From NCBI RefSeq assembly GCF_036588685.1, contig NC_086375.1, positions 38,688,001 through 38,752,000 on the forward strand: a DNA stretch of 64,000 nucleotides. The letters run 5' to 3'. Shown here in pieces: positions 32,548-46,682 of this stretch. The position numbers and the translations under genes were made by a program. Under the pieces are notes generated by a model that had not been told where the DNA came from, searched no databases, and saw only the letters and a program-made list of their open reading frames with translations. Source of the stretch: Mytilus trossulus. Its lineage: Eukaryota. Position 1 is the stretch's first letter, and each line of letters begins with the position of its first letter.

Positions 32548-35500
32548 ATACGCTTTATTAATTTATTTTCTTCAGTAGCTTAAATTTGCTTTCTCTTCAA
32601 AAATAGATTTTAACGAGAAAAAGAGAAATATTGATAACAATATCACATGTATGGATAAATGAAATGTATCTATATTCTCACAAATGTCGTGATAGAAACA
32701 CCTTGCTATCATGATATTACACGATTTAAAGGTACCTAGATACTTATTACGAACAATTAAGAGAAATTCTATAATTTTTTTTTAGATATAGAATAAAATC
32801 ATTGGAGAAATTAAACACTATTACAATTACATGTTTGGCTCTTAAATATTTTCTCTCATACATGCGCTGGGGGAAGTAAAAGAAGAATCTGGATCGCATT
32901 TTAGCCGAGATAAAACGAGTCTAATCTTTCTGGGCCTTCCAAAGATGAATTTGTTTCAAAATGCATATATACCTTTATTCTCGTAAACCAAAGTACAATG
33001 GTACAGAGACAATGCAGATATTGTGTTCTTTTTCTTGTATTTTGTATTTCTAGAAAATTCCAAATTTTAAAAGAAAGGATTGTAGTGGTTTTATAGAAGT
33101 TCAAATAAACATAAAATACATGGAAATAGCCTGCGCTGTTATTACTGTTTTACATTTTACATGTTGTATCATTTAAGCGTCTATACTTAGGTTTTACTTA
33201 GATTGTATTCTTTGGTATTACTATATACTAAAATAGAAATCAACGAATTAAACTATTGCGAATGCTTTCCACAAAACACCTTTCTTGTCCGGCAAAAAAA
33301 CCACGAAAACAACAATCAAAGAGTATCAATAGAACCTAAACTTTGGTAAGAACAGCGCAGAATGAATGACACAAACATGTGTGGCTTGCGGCAATAACTA
33401 TTAAAATCTATGAGACGTCATCTCAATAACAATACCACTATAAAAAAGATCTTATAAGCAAACGGGACACATTATGCTGCACCATCGTACAAATTTAAAG
33501 ACAAACTACGATAAAAAGTAAAATAATATATAAGACTGCATACAAACGGAAAACGAAGAGTACATACGTGTAAAACTATGGAATACTTTTTATATGTTCA
33601 TTAAATTCTAACACATTCTGAGGAATTTGGTTGCAAAGTTCATTCAGGTTTATGATATTCTCTACACAATGTATAATATTTCGCGGCATTTTCATTATTT
33701 TTGTGTCATATTTAATCATATAGTTAACGCACACTTTTCATAACTTTTATTAGCAAGACAACTTAAAAATTTTGAAAAAGAGATATATAAAAGCAACTTT
33801 GCTTGTTTCAGAATCTTTTTAAAAGAATATGTTCATTATATATTTATTGTGTTGTTGCTAAACGACCTTTAGTTGTATTGTATACTGTTGTTTGTCGTTT
33901 GGAGTTATTGTCGGTTTTCTCCAAGGCATTGTCAGAGATTTTGTTACTTATGAGTTTAATTGTTCCTTTGACTGTGAGTGACTTAAAGGGATAATGATTT
34001 TGAAAACAAAGTCGATATTTTGACTCGCTGTTTCAATTTACCAAAAACTTTTTTAAAAAAATATTTAGCAGGACAAACCTTGATCATGTAAAAACCGCAG
34101 TGTGTGTGTGTGTGTTTTTTTTTCTTTCTTATTTTGTATCAGAAAGTTCCCGCTACTTGTGCTGTACAAATTATTTTGCTAATTACTATTAAACAATCGA
34201 AAGGTACTTCTGGTCATTACGAAGGAAGACAACAATTGAAATGTACATGTATCTGGTATCTAATGAAATGGCCGTTTCGTGTAAATGTACATCCGTACCA
34301 ATTCCTTCTTTTCTAATCATTGAAAAATCTTTTGGGGTCTTCAGTAGATTGTACCAAGTAAATGAAAGTTATGGTCGAAGGATGGTTTATTTAATATTGT
34401 TGCTGAACATCTTACACAGGCGAAGATACTATAGTCCCAAACAAACAGATTTTCAAATGTAATTTGAAAGATTACAATTGTGACTGATAGAAGTAATCTT
34501 GATGTATTTAGATTATACGTATTAATTTCCGAATATCTAAACAGATCGTGCATATAAATATTTATCAGCTAATTTATAGGTCGATTGTTTGATTCGTATA
34601 ATTTGTTATTATTTTCATAAACTATGTATAGTATTGAAGCTGACTGTCAAAACACGAAACCAAGAATATATTTATTTTCTTGTATCATATCATAGTTCTT
34701 TTGGATCTTTTTACTTCAAGGATGTCTTTAGTTTAAATATTCAAAGTGAAACTTGGTGCTTATAATAGAATACACCGGACGTGTGTTATTAAAATAATCA
34801 AAAGAACACTTTTAGTTACATCTGTTAACTTCTGATGGGAGTTTAGGATTTGTTTCTGATGAATCTTATTTGATTTCACCAGTTCATAATCCCTTTTTTG
34901 GTTTAACACGGTTCTTGTGATTTATCATAGTTCTATTAGATTCTTTTGGGTGTTTTTGCAGTGATTTTCCATCTTCAATATCCAAACTTGAAGCTTCGCA
35001 AGACGCTGCAATTGAGTGTTGTAATAAAATAACGTGAAAAACGACATGTTGCATGTTTGAATTATAATTTAGTTACACCAGTTATAACGTTTTACTTGTT
35101 GAAGTTCATGGGTTGTTCCTGATGAAGCTATTCTGAATTTAGTCTTGGTATTATGGTTTCACATAGTGATGCTCCAAGTGTTAAAAGACGAGACTATCGT
35201 ATTGCGTAAACAATCTTTTCCTTTTCAAACTATTCGTCAGTAATGCGGAACAGTTTTATATATGTTACGTAGACGCCCTATCTTGAATAGATCTGGTGAA
35301 GTATGAAGTGATAACTTTAAATTTATAAGTTTAATGTGAAATGGTGAATGTTGATATTGATGTAGGTAAGACCAATTATAAAAAAAATAACTTATTTTTA
35401 ATTATCTTAATTTTGATTTTCATTTTAAGATGTTTATCATGAGTGTTGAGAGTTTACATTAATATAATAAGATTGCTTTGTGATCTGTTGAACTATTGTC

Positions 35501-37768
35501 GTTTCTAGACGTTGATCCTGAAGATTTTTAAAGTTAACATTACTATACAGATTGCTATACGACATGTAAGATAAAAGTGTCACCCAAAATTACACACTTG
35601 ACTGTCGTTTGCTGCACTTCATATGTTACCATGCAGATCTATTACATAACTGTGAAAGAGACAACAAAGAAACAGTTCAATTAAATAACATGTGTGTTTA
35701 GAAACACCGAAAAAGACCCATGTTTATGTTTTACCTCAAGTGTCCTTGAATAACTATACAGCGTATCACACAAGTTTTACAATACTGTAATAAACCTCTA
35801 TTGCGCATATACATGTACATTTAACTAATATTATCGTACTTTCTATGCACTACTATTTTTTTCCCTTAAAAGTAGTTTATTACATGTTTTATAGTTCCAC
35901 TTGTGCAGATACATGTATTTGAAATGTTCGGACTGATTTGTCTATCAGGTAAATTGGGTTGTAATATATCCGATATGATCTGAACAAGAAAAAATAATAA
36001 CTTTAAATTGGATTTTAAAGGAAATATTACGAATTTGAAAGGATTGCATTAGATTTTAAGGTTAGCAACTTTTATATATCTGATTGTTTACGAGATCGAT
36101 ACCTCAAAATTTAGTGTGTTTTTAGAGGGATCAGTCAAGCAACTTATTCGTATTCTTGAGAAAAAAAGATGCTTGTATGGATTAAAAAAATGTAATATAT
36201 ACTTTTCAATGTCGTTGCTAAATATACAGATTTTACACAATAAACTTAAATCCTTTTTGGGCTTTAATAGGTAATTCAAACAGGTTATTGTATCTCACAT
36301 GCATGGGTGACTAAGCCAACTGTGTCATTCTCAATATACTGTAGTCCTGTAATCATGGTAATGTCAGGGCCATACATTTTGTAGTTGTACGTATAGTACA
36401 AATAACAATGTTTGTAAAGAAAGAGTTATACTCTTACTACCAGTAGATTAATGTAATGCTTTCCTAGCTTTATATCATGAATTATAGTCTTATTTGTAGT
36501 ATATTTATATTTTGGTGATAGTGAAAACTATCATGATTGGCAGTTATTCAGTGTTTATTTGTCTTTTTATTTCCAGGATATGTAAGCTAGACAACAATAT
36601 GTTGAACAGAAATTCAGTTCTTTTGAAGATTTTCATATATTAAGTATTAATTGGTAAGTGGTTTGATTAAGTTTATTTAACAAATTTTAAATATCTACCA
36701 AAACATAAAAATAAAAATATCTTGAGTGCTTACCGATAAGCATTTCCTTTATAATTTTTTATGGCTTGCTACTTATCTTAATTTCCGGAAAACAAAATTC
36801 AACAAGGAAATTGCTAGATATCAAGGCAGAAATCATTCAGGAAGTCTTATAAATTGTTTGAGATAATTCATAGATTTATGAATTTTAAATAATATGTTCT
36901 TGGAAAACATGCATCTCGTTACTCTTCCTTGGTATCAATCAAATGTCAAAACAAAAATAACACACGGAACAATTGAATATTTATATAGCATTCCTTTTTC
37001 CTGTTTACTGGATATCACGTTTAATAAAACAAAACCAATCGTCTAGAGGATCGATTTTTGACTAATTTTCATTGTATGTAACGCAAGTACCAGACGTTTG
37101 GATGCGTGTGTTCCGGGTAGGAGGAGGAGGAGGGCTTCATTTATACTGTATTCTTAATTTTTTAGGGCATTTGTCTATATTTTATTTCTTTTGTCCATTA
37201 TTATATATTCTTTACATTTAAGCACATTAATTATAATTCTTCTTTAAGCCAATTTCTTTATATATTTTTGTTGAATTTTCTCTATTCCTGATTCTTTTTA
37301 ATCTTTTTTTTTCTATTTTATAAGCGATATTAAAAAAGATATATGAATACATTCAATCACAAAAATTCATTTAAAACATGTTTTCGAACCAGTTGCCCTA
37401 TCCGCTTCATGCACATTGTTCAAATAGAGTTACCTCCCGTTTGACAGAAAAAAACTTTAATAGTACATGATGGTGGCGAAATAATTAACGTTCAGAAAGT
37501 ACTTAAAATAAAACTGTCAAGTCATTTTGTGAGAATGTTGTCAATATTGCATATTCGATCACTTTATCTGATTTGACCATCCCTCAACTTATCTTCAACC
37601 ATTTTCATTATTTATTGTTTACTTTTAAAATTCAAAGTGCGAATCCATCTTAAATATCCTCATTAGTATTGGCATTATAAACTGTCATTTAAGGTATACA
37701 TAAATCAGAATAGTTCTTTTTCTTTCGACAGAATTCACCATATCACTACAAGATACTCACTTAACAGA

Positions 37769-38866
37769 ATGAAGAAAGAAACACAGCATATAAAGTTTTT
37801 GCTATTAGTCGTATTCGTGGCACTTTCGTGTGTCTGTGTAGCAATCATCAACGATTTAATGTCACCTTTAAGTAACCCTTTATTAATAAATGGCGCCCAC
37901 GTAAATAAACGCTTTATGCTATGGATGGAAGAGCCAACGCCAGAGACTCATACTACTAGTCCGAATACTCGATCAATTAGATCAAAAACGATTTACCCTA
38001 TTGTGTCACAGGGTTATAAAATAAACAACAAGGATATATGCAGAGGAGTAGAAAAGGTGTCTGTGATAGTTATTGTCCACACAGCTCCGAGCCATTTCCT
38101 ACGTCGAGTCAGAATGAGAAGTACATGGCTTAATTCTACATATTATAGTCCAGAAAATGTTAGGGTTGTGTTTTTACTCGGTTTAGTTCCTGATTTGATA
38201 ACACAGGTTAAACTTGAGCAAGAAAGTAAAATATATAAAGATATAGTGCAAGGAAATTTTATTGATTCTTATCGGAATTTAACTCATAAAGGAGTTACCG
38301 GATATAAATGGATCTCAGAACATTGTATGAATGCTGAAATAGTTGCAAAAATAGACGACGATGCCTTTATTAATTTCTTCAAATTGTTCGAAGATATGTC
38401 AGATTTGAAACACAAGAAAAGGACAATGTATTGCAACAAAATCCCTAAAGGATCAATGGCAATCATCCGTAAAAATACCAGTAAATGGTACGTCGATGAA
38501 TACGAATTTAAAGACATGAAATTATATCCACATACGTATTGTAGTGGTTTTACAGTATTCATTTCTATAGATCTAATACCCATGTTATATCGTGCAGCTA
38601 TTGGATCGGCATTTTTCTGGGTAGATGATTTTTTTCTATTTGGACTTTTACCATCTCGTATACCCGGTGTTGTTCACGAAGGTATACGACCTAATTTAAC
38701 GTTCATGCCAAAAGAGGCATATACTTGTTATATACGTTATGGTAAGAACTGTCAATATCTTGTTTTTCCTGCGAAGGATAGAGAGATAAGTAAAATGTGG
38801 CTAGCTATGACACACGATAGAAAACAAAGTATATATGGGAACTTCTATATGAATTTACCAGCATAA
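37769..38866 (+). CDS. Beta-1,3-galactosyltransferase-like protein (GT31), tandem paralog, 365 aa
   Basis: Same motif set as 30164-31264 and colinear along its length; acceptor TTTCGACAG ends at about 37731. Confidence 0.92.
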   Translation: MKKETQHIKFLLLVVFVALSCVCVAIINDLMSPLSNPLLINGAHVNKRFMLWMEEPTPETHTTSPNTRSIRSKTIYPIVSQGYKINNKDICRGVEKVSVIVIVHTAPSHFLRRVRMRSTWLNSTYYSPENVRVVFLLGLVPDLITQVKLEQESKIYKDIVQGNFIDSYRNLTHKGVTGYKWISEHCMNAEIVAKIDDDAFINFFKLFEDMSDLKHKKRTMYCNKIPKGSMAIIRKNTSKWYVDEYEFKDMKLYPHTYCSGFTVFISIDLIPMLYRAAIGSAFFWVDDFFLFGLLPSRIPGVVHEGIRPNLTFMPKEAYTCYIRYGKNCQYLVFPAKDREISKMWLAMTHDRKQSIYGNFYMNLPA

Positions 38867-40045
38867 CGAATTGTGGGTAATTTATTAAACGACGCAGACG
38901 CCATTTCTGTAATTTACAAAGTGAGAAACAGCAATAATCACTTTAAATTTAAAAAAGACACTGTCAGCTCAAATGGATGAAATAAGTCGAACAAGATGTG
39001 AACACGACCGAAACATGAGTTCAAGAAATCCCAAAATACATAAAGAGATATTAACAAACTTTCGTGAAAGACCTGATCATGAGCTTCTTAAGAAGGAACT
39101 GCTCCCTTGATACTATTATTACTCATCGTAGGATTTAACGATTTTTTAGTGTGGACTATTTAAAAAAAAGCTGTGACGTTGACTTAGCCAAGCTTAATCT
39201 TACTATGTGGAGTTTTATCATTGATATTTTTAAAATGACACATTGTACTTGCTTCGTATGAACAATCATATATATATATATATATATATAACGATATCAC
39301 CATTTTTATTTTATTACAACAATTTCATAAACATAACAACAAACAAAACAATAAATCAATAAATTTAACAGTATTCTTAGACTCATCATTCATTCAATTT
39401 ATAGAATATTGATAATAACTTCTACTAAAGTAACTTGCTTAACACGATTAGCATATAGCGCATTTGGACCATTCCTTATGATACCTTAATACACGTATCA
39501 CGTTAGAATTGTCAAAGTTGGCCAAATTGATAATGAGTATGCATGTACTGTTGCACACAATCTTACATTTACACGCTTGCTTTTTTTTAATTTACAGCCC
39601 TGCAGCATATTAGAATCAAACAATGATCTATAAATTAAATGAAAGTTCTTTGGTATGATAGTTATCGTTGTGTGATTGAAAGACTTGTAATCGCGAAACT
39701 GACAAATGTGGTTTATGAGGGATGTGTCACCTAAATTGTTCAATGTAATCTGTATCTTAACTTTTTATATATGTTTTGAATTGATCTCAAATGATATATA
39801 GTTATAAGTTTGTTTTTCAATTTCGGTTCATTCACATCGCTTTTATACCACTTTATCCGCCTGGATGTAATGAAAGACTTTCCAAAAAGCAGATTCAGAT
39901 AAAATGAATGTAGTGGGCATGTCACCAAAAATATCATCATGTTTATTACTTGTGCTATTTTCAAAAAATATTCTTATTCACTTTTGATTGGTTCATGCAC
40001 ACCCACCGCGTCCATTTCAAATCCGCCCGATGTGGGATAATAGTT

Positions 40046-40212
40046 TCAATGCATATTAGGTATGCCTCTTATTTTAAAGGCAACAATGGTAAAAAATAGA
40101 AACGACACCATGAAACCACCTAATGCCCAAAAGTTTCTTCTCATATGCTCTACAGCATCTGGGTAATAATCGGCCAAATATTTCTCTCCGGTGGGATACT
40201 GACATGGTATAT
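40046..40212 (-). CDS. ABCG5: ABCG5-like transporter exon 11 (terminal)
   Basis: IPCQYPTGEKYL..RNFWALGGF..TGA; phase consistent. Confidence 0.85.
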
Positions 40213-40455
40213 CTGCAAAATAAAACAAAGCAAAATTTACTAAATTGGGCTTTTCCAATATTTCTTTTCGCGTAACAATTCGTCAATGCCTAATTTCAGT
40301 CAATTTTGCTCATTTTAGGAAATGACATCGGTTCGACCTTAGCTTTTCAAAAACATTTTTTTTGCCTTTCAGTTAGAATTGTCACTCATATAAATCAAAG
40401 CAATCAAATACTGTCAAAATGCAAAATAATAATGATATGAAAATTAATGTCTTAC

Positions 40456-40580
40456 TTTGCTCAGGCGGACAAGTAAAATTAAGTCCACTGAATTCATTGG
40501 CTACGAGAATCTCAGCACTGTATTTCATAACGCTTAGCCAACTGCCCCATTGAAATATGTCAAGCATGTTTGGAAACGAC
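40456..40580 (-). CDS. ABCG5: ABCG5-like transporter exon 10
   Basis: SFPNML..KYSAEILVANEFSGLNFTC. Confidence 0.88.
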
Positions 40581-40621
40581 CTGTGAAAAAGAAACAGTAT
40601 TATTCAACAATTGAAACATGA

Positions 40622-40973
40622 GAGCCGTGGTGTAGTGGTTAGTGCATCGGACTACTAACACAAAGGTTCCTGGTTCGATTCCCGTTTGGGATGAAAATTT
40701 CAGGAACTCAATTTTCGGCTCTCCCTTGACACCATTAGCGAGTATGGTCTTAAGGAAACGATGATAGTCCGTCGGAAGGGGACGATAAATGGCTGACCCG
40801 TGTTAAGAGAGAGCCAAATCTCTTGCACGTTAAAGACACCCTTGTAGATTTCGAAAAAGAGTAGGCTAATGCCGCTACAAGGCAGCACTCGCACCCGCAA
40901 AGTGGAAAGGGATTAATATAAGTTGCAAAACTTGTTTCCCAATCCACTCTAAATAAATATGTTTAAACTAAAC
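40622..40973 (+). mobile_element. Full-length tRNA-derived SINE with Deu/Nin-like core, antisense in ABCG5 intron 9
   Basis: A box TGGTGTAGTGG, B box GGTTCGATTCC, core TCGGAAGGGGACGATAAA..TGCACGTTAAAGACACCC..TTCGAAAAAGAGTAGG, TAAAC-repeat tail. Confidence 0.85.
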
Positions 40974-41385
40974 ATAGGGAAAGGAAATTGGTGTTTTTTC
41001 TTTATATTTTCTTGCCTTCCAGTTCACTTTTCCATTAGGCTAAATCATATTTAAAAAAAATGACGACTAATGAATTCATGAATGGAGAAGTAAAACGCAC
41101 TATGTTTTCGCGTTCCTCACTTGAAACAAAGAGGCACTTTTTAAAACACCATACATTGTCGCATCACCATTTCACGTAAGGTAAGAATCAAACTCTCGTA
41201 ATGATATGACACGCACCTGTTTTTGGATTCAAAATATACATACGAAGACTGATTTTTTCTTAAGTACGTCTACTATAGGACAAAACAACGAGTGAAAGAA
41301 ATTAAAAAAAACCAAAAAAACAAAAAAGGTCTTGAAGAGTTCGGTCTTGGTTTATTAAAAAAAACGATTTGGTTTTTCTGCATAC

Positions 41386-41571
41386 CTGAGAAATCCCGTT
41401 GCTATGAGTACTGACGCCGACAATATTAAAGCCGATGTACTGTTGGCGATCTGTGGATTGAAGAATACTCCCATCACACCCACTGTCATAATCTCACCAA
41501 TAAAATGCAGAACAAATATGGTGGCATAGTATATAGCAAATCTGCTCCACGAAGGATGAAGTCCTGTCACC
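41386..41571 (-). CDS. ABCG5: ABCG5-like transporter exon 9
   Basis: VTGLHPSWSRF..HFIGEIMT..NPQIANS..TGFLR. Confidence 0.88.
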
Positions 41572-41844
41572 CTGCAAGGTAAAACAATATAATTTTTGAA
41601 TTCGTGAATTCTCTATAAGAAAAAAAACGGCGTGTGTGTTTTGATTTTGAATTGGATGTTGGTTGGTGCATATAACATATTTCGTTGAAATGATTGTCCT
41701 TTAATGATGTATTTTGCACGAAACTTGGACAAGCCACAAACGTCACAACAGTTTGATAAAATACAATGCAATAACTCGACAAAAACTTTTCATGTAAATT
41801 CCCATCTCTATCAATACAGAACAACATAATAACAAATATCTTAC

Positions 41845-41983
41845 CAATAAACTATAATGCTGAATATCATAGCTGATATTGCCTGGAATGGGATGACATG
41901 TATAGCATACGACAGTAGGAAAGACGTTGTCGAGTACAGACCATCCCGACATTCTCTGAAATAGAGGTCTCTTAAAGGCGGAA
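41845..41983 (-). CDS. ABCG5: ABCG5-like transporter exon 8
   Basis: FPPLRDLYFRECRDGLY..YAIHVIPF..IVYW. Confidence 0.88.
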
Positions 41984-42596
41984 CTGTAAAAAAATATACG
42001 ATTTCAATACACCCAAAGTGAGCATCATGTATTTGCAAATCAAATTATATATTGGACTAAAGTATATTATTACTGGTAGCTATGTATTGAGGTATTATAT
42101 ATGGGACAGAGTTATTTCTCTTTTGCCGACATGGCTGGTCTGATCAATCGTTTAAAAAAACTCACAGTACATTTTTTTTCTTTTGATGAAAACAGTATGT
42201 AATTTATATGGACAACAAAGCTCTTAAACAAATATTTGTCAAATGTCTGCAACTATTTGTACGCAACACCTGTAAGATTGCTCAACTATTACCAAAATTA
42301 ACGTTTTATTTTTTTTTTAATTTGCTGCTTTTTAAAGACCACTTTAGTTGTTGTCAAAATTGAAACCTATTTTATCTTAGTTGTTCCTACCAAATAAGTC
42401 TAATAAACACTTTACTCCAGTACGTATACAGCAAACTTCGAAGTCACAAAAACGTGACAGTTTAATATATCATTAATATTATTTCACTGAATTTGTACCT
42501 AGCAGCCGCAAGTTTCTTAAAACATTGAGGGTTTGATTGATTCGTGAATGCTTTACGACGCATCGCCACAAAAATTATATTAGAATATAAACTTAC

Positions 42597-42796
42597 AGAC
42601 GCCAACAGCAATTAGGATCCCTACATATGTTGGTACACCGACTGACTGGTACATAAGTCCAATTCTGTCCTGTATAGATTTCTGATCTGTCTTTATATGT
42701 CCCAGAAAGGCACATACAAACGGTACAAACAATGATAACATTATCAAACGGGACATGTATATAGTTCTGTCCCTTTTAAGATTTACAAGCATTCGA
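42597..42796 (-). CDS. ABCG5: ABCG5-like transporter exon 7
   Basis: RMLVNLKRD..SIQDRIGLMYQSV. Confidence 0.88.
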
Positions 42797-43541
42797 CTAC
42801 AAAAAAAAATTATTGGGTTATCAATTCACAAAACTGTCAAATATTCAAACTCTTGTTAATAAAACGATGGCGTCGTTTAATAAACAGAAAGTTTCAAACG
42901 TCCATTAAAATTAAATTTATTACAACTGCACCCAATAGCGCTTGTGTGGAATAACATTAAGTAGTAAACCTCATGGAACAAAGATCTGATGGACAAGAAA
43001 AGATAAATGCACAGACGAGGTGACAAAAAAAATTGAAAAATTGAATTAACTTGTATAGAATGAAACTAGCAGTTGTTTCCACAAAGTATATACTGTAGCG
43101 AATCAAATGGCTAATGACAGTAGCCTCGTCAGAAGTTTATCGTATGTAATATGTTATGGTTTTATTCATTTGGAGAATTAGGTGTTAATAGTAGATCTTG
43201 GATTGTTTCTTCTGCATTCATTATTCATGGACTGATTTCATATGTTCGATATATATATGTATCATATCAGTTCCATACAACTTAAATCTTGGTACAATAT
43301 ATATGGTAGCAATATTCATTCCCAAATAAGGTACACCGATTAAAAATCAAACTATGCATAGATTTTAAAAGACAATATACAAGTATCGTGAGCAAACGTC
43401 ACAATTTGCCAAAGAAATTAACATACAGATATTCATTTTAGGTTTTGAATGAAGTTCTAATTTCCGTTACGGATGTGATTTTCAACAATTGATTAATTCT
43501 ATTATGTTGATTTATAGCAAATAATGCAAATTTCAACTTAC

Positions 43542-43761
43542 CCAATCAAACAATAAAGCACCCGCATCAAACTCGGAGGCTGAGGTTTGAAGAAGAACAA
43601 CATAGTCCTCCTTGTCGAATGCCTCAAAGTTTCTTCTTCAATGTTGTGAATATTTTCATCATTGATTGAAGAATTTGAGAAAGCTTGAACTAGCTTTTGT
43701 ACTTTAGACATAGTTTCAATTTCACGTTCATGGTTTCTTCTGTCAATGCTGGCGAGATCAA
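43542..43761 (-). CDS. ABCG5: ABCG5-like transporter exon 6
   Basis: VDLASIDRRNHEREIETMSKVQKLVQAF; CAG/GTAAGT boundaries. Confidence 0.85.
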
Positions 43762-44177
43762 CTGCAAAAAGAAATATAATATATAGGATTCTGTATTTGA
43801 GAACAAGTTATGAACATTTTTTTTTAGGAAGGGATCCGTTATGTTTTAATTTCACAGTTCTTTTAAAGAGAAGTTTGCTGAAATTTGATATACTGTGTAG
43901 AATGCTATTTTTTCTTCAGTTTTTACTGTTTCTAAAAACTCATTTTGTAGTTAATGCTTTAATATATGTCATTTTCACTTGATAGATAATTACAGATAAC
44001 ATTTCAAATTGAGCTCCTTATGATTATTTTCGTGTAAAATAAAATATATAATGTTTCGACCATAACTGTTTCAAGACCGTTATATAATAAGACCATACTA
44101 CAATAGATTTAAAACTTGAAATTTTTCCACTTATTACATAAAGAATTTATTCTCATCTACATATATATGAACATTAC

Positions 44178-44447
44178 CATAGTGATCAAATGGGCTAGCA
44201 TATGTAGGACAAGGGTAGCCGAGATCTTGGAAATATTCCACCATTTGTCCTGACTTTCCGAAGTATACCATCTCTCCCATACTCAGGAGCCCTATCTTAT
44301 CAAACATTTTAAAGACATCAGAACGAGGTTGGTGAATTGTCAAAATCACTATTTTACCATTGTGAGCAATGTCTGATAAACTTGACACAAGATGGCGTGT
44401 TGTACAACTGTCAAGTCCAGTAGTTGGCTCGTCCAGGAGAAGGATTT
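44178..44447 (-). CDS. ABCG5: ABCG5-like transporter exon 5
   Basis: Walker B ILLLDEPTTGLD, H-loop TIHQPRSD, GYPCP. Confidence 0.92.
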
Positions 44448-45320
44448 CTGAAGAAGAAAAGTTTGTATTTTAATATCCTTACTTTACCATGCACTTTTTT
44501 GTGCGTTAACGTTTTCACAACAGTTTTTAAAAGTCCCCGCAACTTATTTTGGTGTTGCTTCTAGAATGTTGAGAACTGATGAGATACATAGATTCAGCGA
44601 AAGGAATACTCTAGAATAACTTAAATTCGACCCATTAAACTATGAGAGTAATGCATAATAATGCCTACAAAATAGCATCAGAATAGCAATGGAATATCAA
44701 TATAGATAAAGTGTAAGTAATATGTTTGTCGTAAAGGTTATTTCCTCCAAGTAAGTTATGCCAAAGTCAATGTTTAATTTGTTAAATCAGTTGTAAATAT
44801 CTCAAAATCATTTGGTTAATACAATTCCCAGAGGTAATTAATTGTATTCTTCAAAATGTTTCAGAATATGGTACAATGAACTTCATTTAAAATTTTAACA
44901 TTTTATCCTGTTTAGACTGAATATTTTCTGCATTTATATGCATGAACATTTTAAGTCTGAGACAAAGACTATCTTATTGCATTAAATATTGAAACCCAAT
45001 TGAAAGATTTTCTTGGAACACTATCTTGTTTTTAAAATTGTGATTACATGCGAGTTAACAACCATATATCTAAAAATAAAAGATGTTGTATGAGTGTCAA
45101 TAAGACAACCCCCATCAAAAAATAAAAGATGTTGTATGAGTGTCAATAAGACAACCCCCATCCAAGTCACAATGTATAAAAAGTTACCAATCAAAGGTCA
45201 ACCATAAAGCTAGTATGTAATCTGAAGATATTTGTTTTCAATCACAACAAACAATTTCAGTCAATCCAGAGCTCTTTTGTGTTTTTCTTTGTGTGTGAAT
45301 ATCTGTTCAAAATTACTCAC

Positions 45321-45453
45321 TAGGGTCTTGAAGAAGTTGAATTGCAATAGTTACTCGTCGTCTTTCGCCACCAGATATTCCTCGGACTACAGAACCACCA
45401 ACTCTCGAGTCTGCTACGTGTTTTAATCCCATTTCTGCTATAGCCTTGTCAAC
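45321..45453 (-). CDS. ABCG5: ABCG5-like transporter exon 4
   Basis: ABC signature RGISGGERRRVTIAIQLLQDP. Confidence 0.92.
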
Positions 45454-45647
45454 CTTAAATAAGAAGACATTAATATTTAAAAACACTTCAACAATTGAGA
45501 ACTATTATGCCCTGATAATGTGACAAAAGACTACAGAGATCATTTCAGTTGTAAATAAAGGCAACAGTATGAATCTGGCATGAAACCAATTTCAGGATGT
45601 TTTTGAACATTTATTCTCATCTTAGTTTCCTATGGTGTTGAAAAGGT

Positions 45648-46000
45648 AAAGTAACAAAAATGCCGAATTCCGAGGAAATTCAAAAATGTTAAGACCCTAA
45701 TCAAATGACCAAATTAAAAGAACATACACATCAATCGAATTGATAACAACTGTCATATACTTGACTTGATAAAGGCATTTTCTAATGCAGAAAATAGTTG
45801 TTTTATAGCTAGTTAAACCTCTCACTCATATGACAGTAGCATACGATTCCATGATATTGACAACGATTTGTGAGCAAAACAACCAGGCATAATAGGTTAA
45901 ACTGTCAAGAATAGGGGTACACCAGTCAACAATGTGTTATAATCTTAATCACTGTAAAAACAAACAAATATTTCAACAAAGAAGCACAAAATAGCATATA
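45648..46000. repeat. Interspersed repeat family C copy
   Basis: AAAAT(A/G)C(T/C)GAA..CGAGGAAA(A)TTCAAAA..CCCTAATCAAATG.. also at about 47922-48165, 58840-59025 (inverted), 61200-61340 and 63175-63248. Confidence 0.75.
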
Positions 46001-46160
46001 GATTGAATAAGTATAAGGAAAATACATCAGTACATGCCTAAAAATCAAATTAATCAAATCATATAGGAAAGTCTTTTGACAAGGTACTTTTCATAAAAAC
46101 GTACACGTTTACATAGAAATTGCGTAAAATCAAAACTTTTCATATTACTATTTCATTCAC

Positions 46161-46393
46161 CTTTTCATCAATTTCTTTGCTGCCCATTTTTCCTGGTAAC
46201 CTGAGAAGTGCTGCATATCTTATTGTTTCTCGAACTGTAAGGTTATGAAGAAGACGATCTGCTTGCATAACGTATGCAGCATATTGTTTGATGACTTCTG
46301 CCGTACACAGATAATTGTTGTAGTAAACTTTCCCGCCAACTTGTCCATTTGATCTGGAAGCAATTATATCCAAAAGAGAGGTTTTTCCTGAAC
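46161..46393 (-). CDS. ABCG5: ABCG5-like transporter exon 3
   Basis: Walker A completion GSGKTSLLD, Q-loop YVMQAD, LTVRET. Confidence 0.92.
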
Positions 46394-46682
46394 CTGTTTG
46401 TTATAAAAAGGTAAAATATTTCTATCTGTTGATATTTCAATAATACTGAAGGCAAAATTTTAATTGTGTAATAATATTTGCAATTGAATTTCAATGTATG
46501 CTTAAATATAGGATTTGTATACTATCACTATACGAATCCTTGCTAAAATTCACCCGTACCCGATTGATGGTATGAGATATTGGAAATGTAGTGTGCTTTA
46601 ATTTTCTGGCATAAATAATCTAAATTTTGTATTCTTTTCAATTTATCAATTATTGTAAGGTTTCAAATATGAATTTAAATAG

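Noticed and set aside
34850-35130. CTGATGA hammerhead-like starts
   Set aside because: No stem II followed by GAAA; other CTGATGA hits (12985, 28158, 57215) also fail.
40622-40692. tRNA gene
   Set aside because: A and B boxes are present but the acceptor stem does not pair, and the sequence continues into a SINE body and tail.
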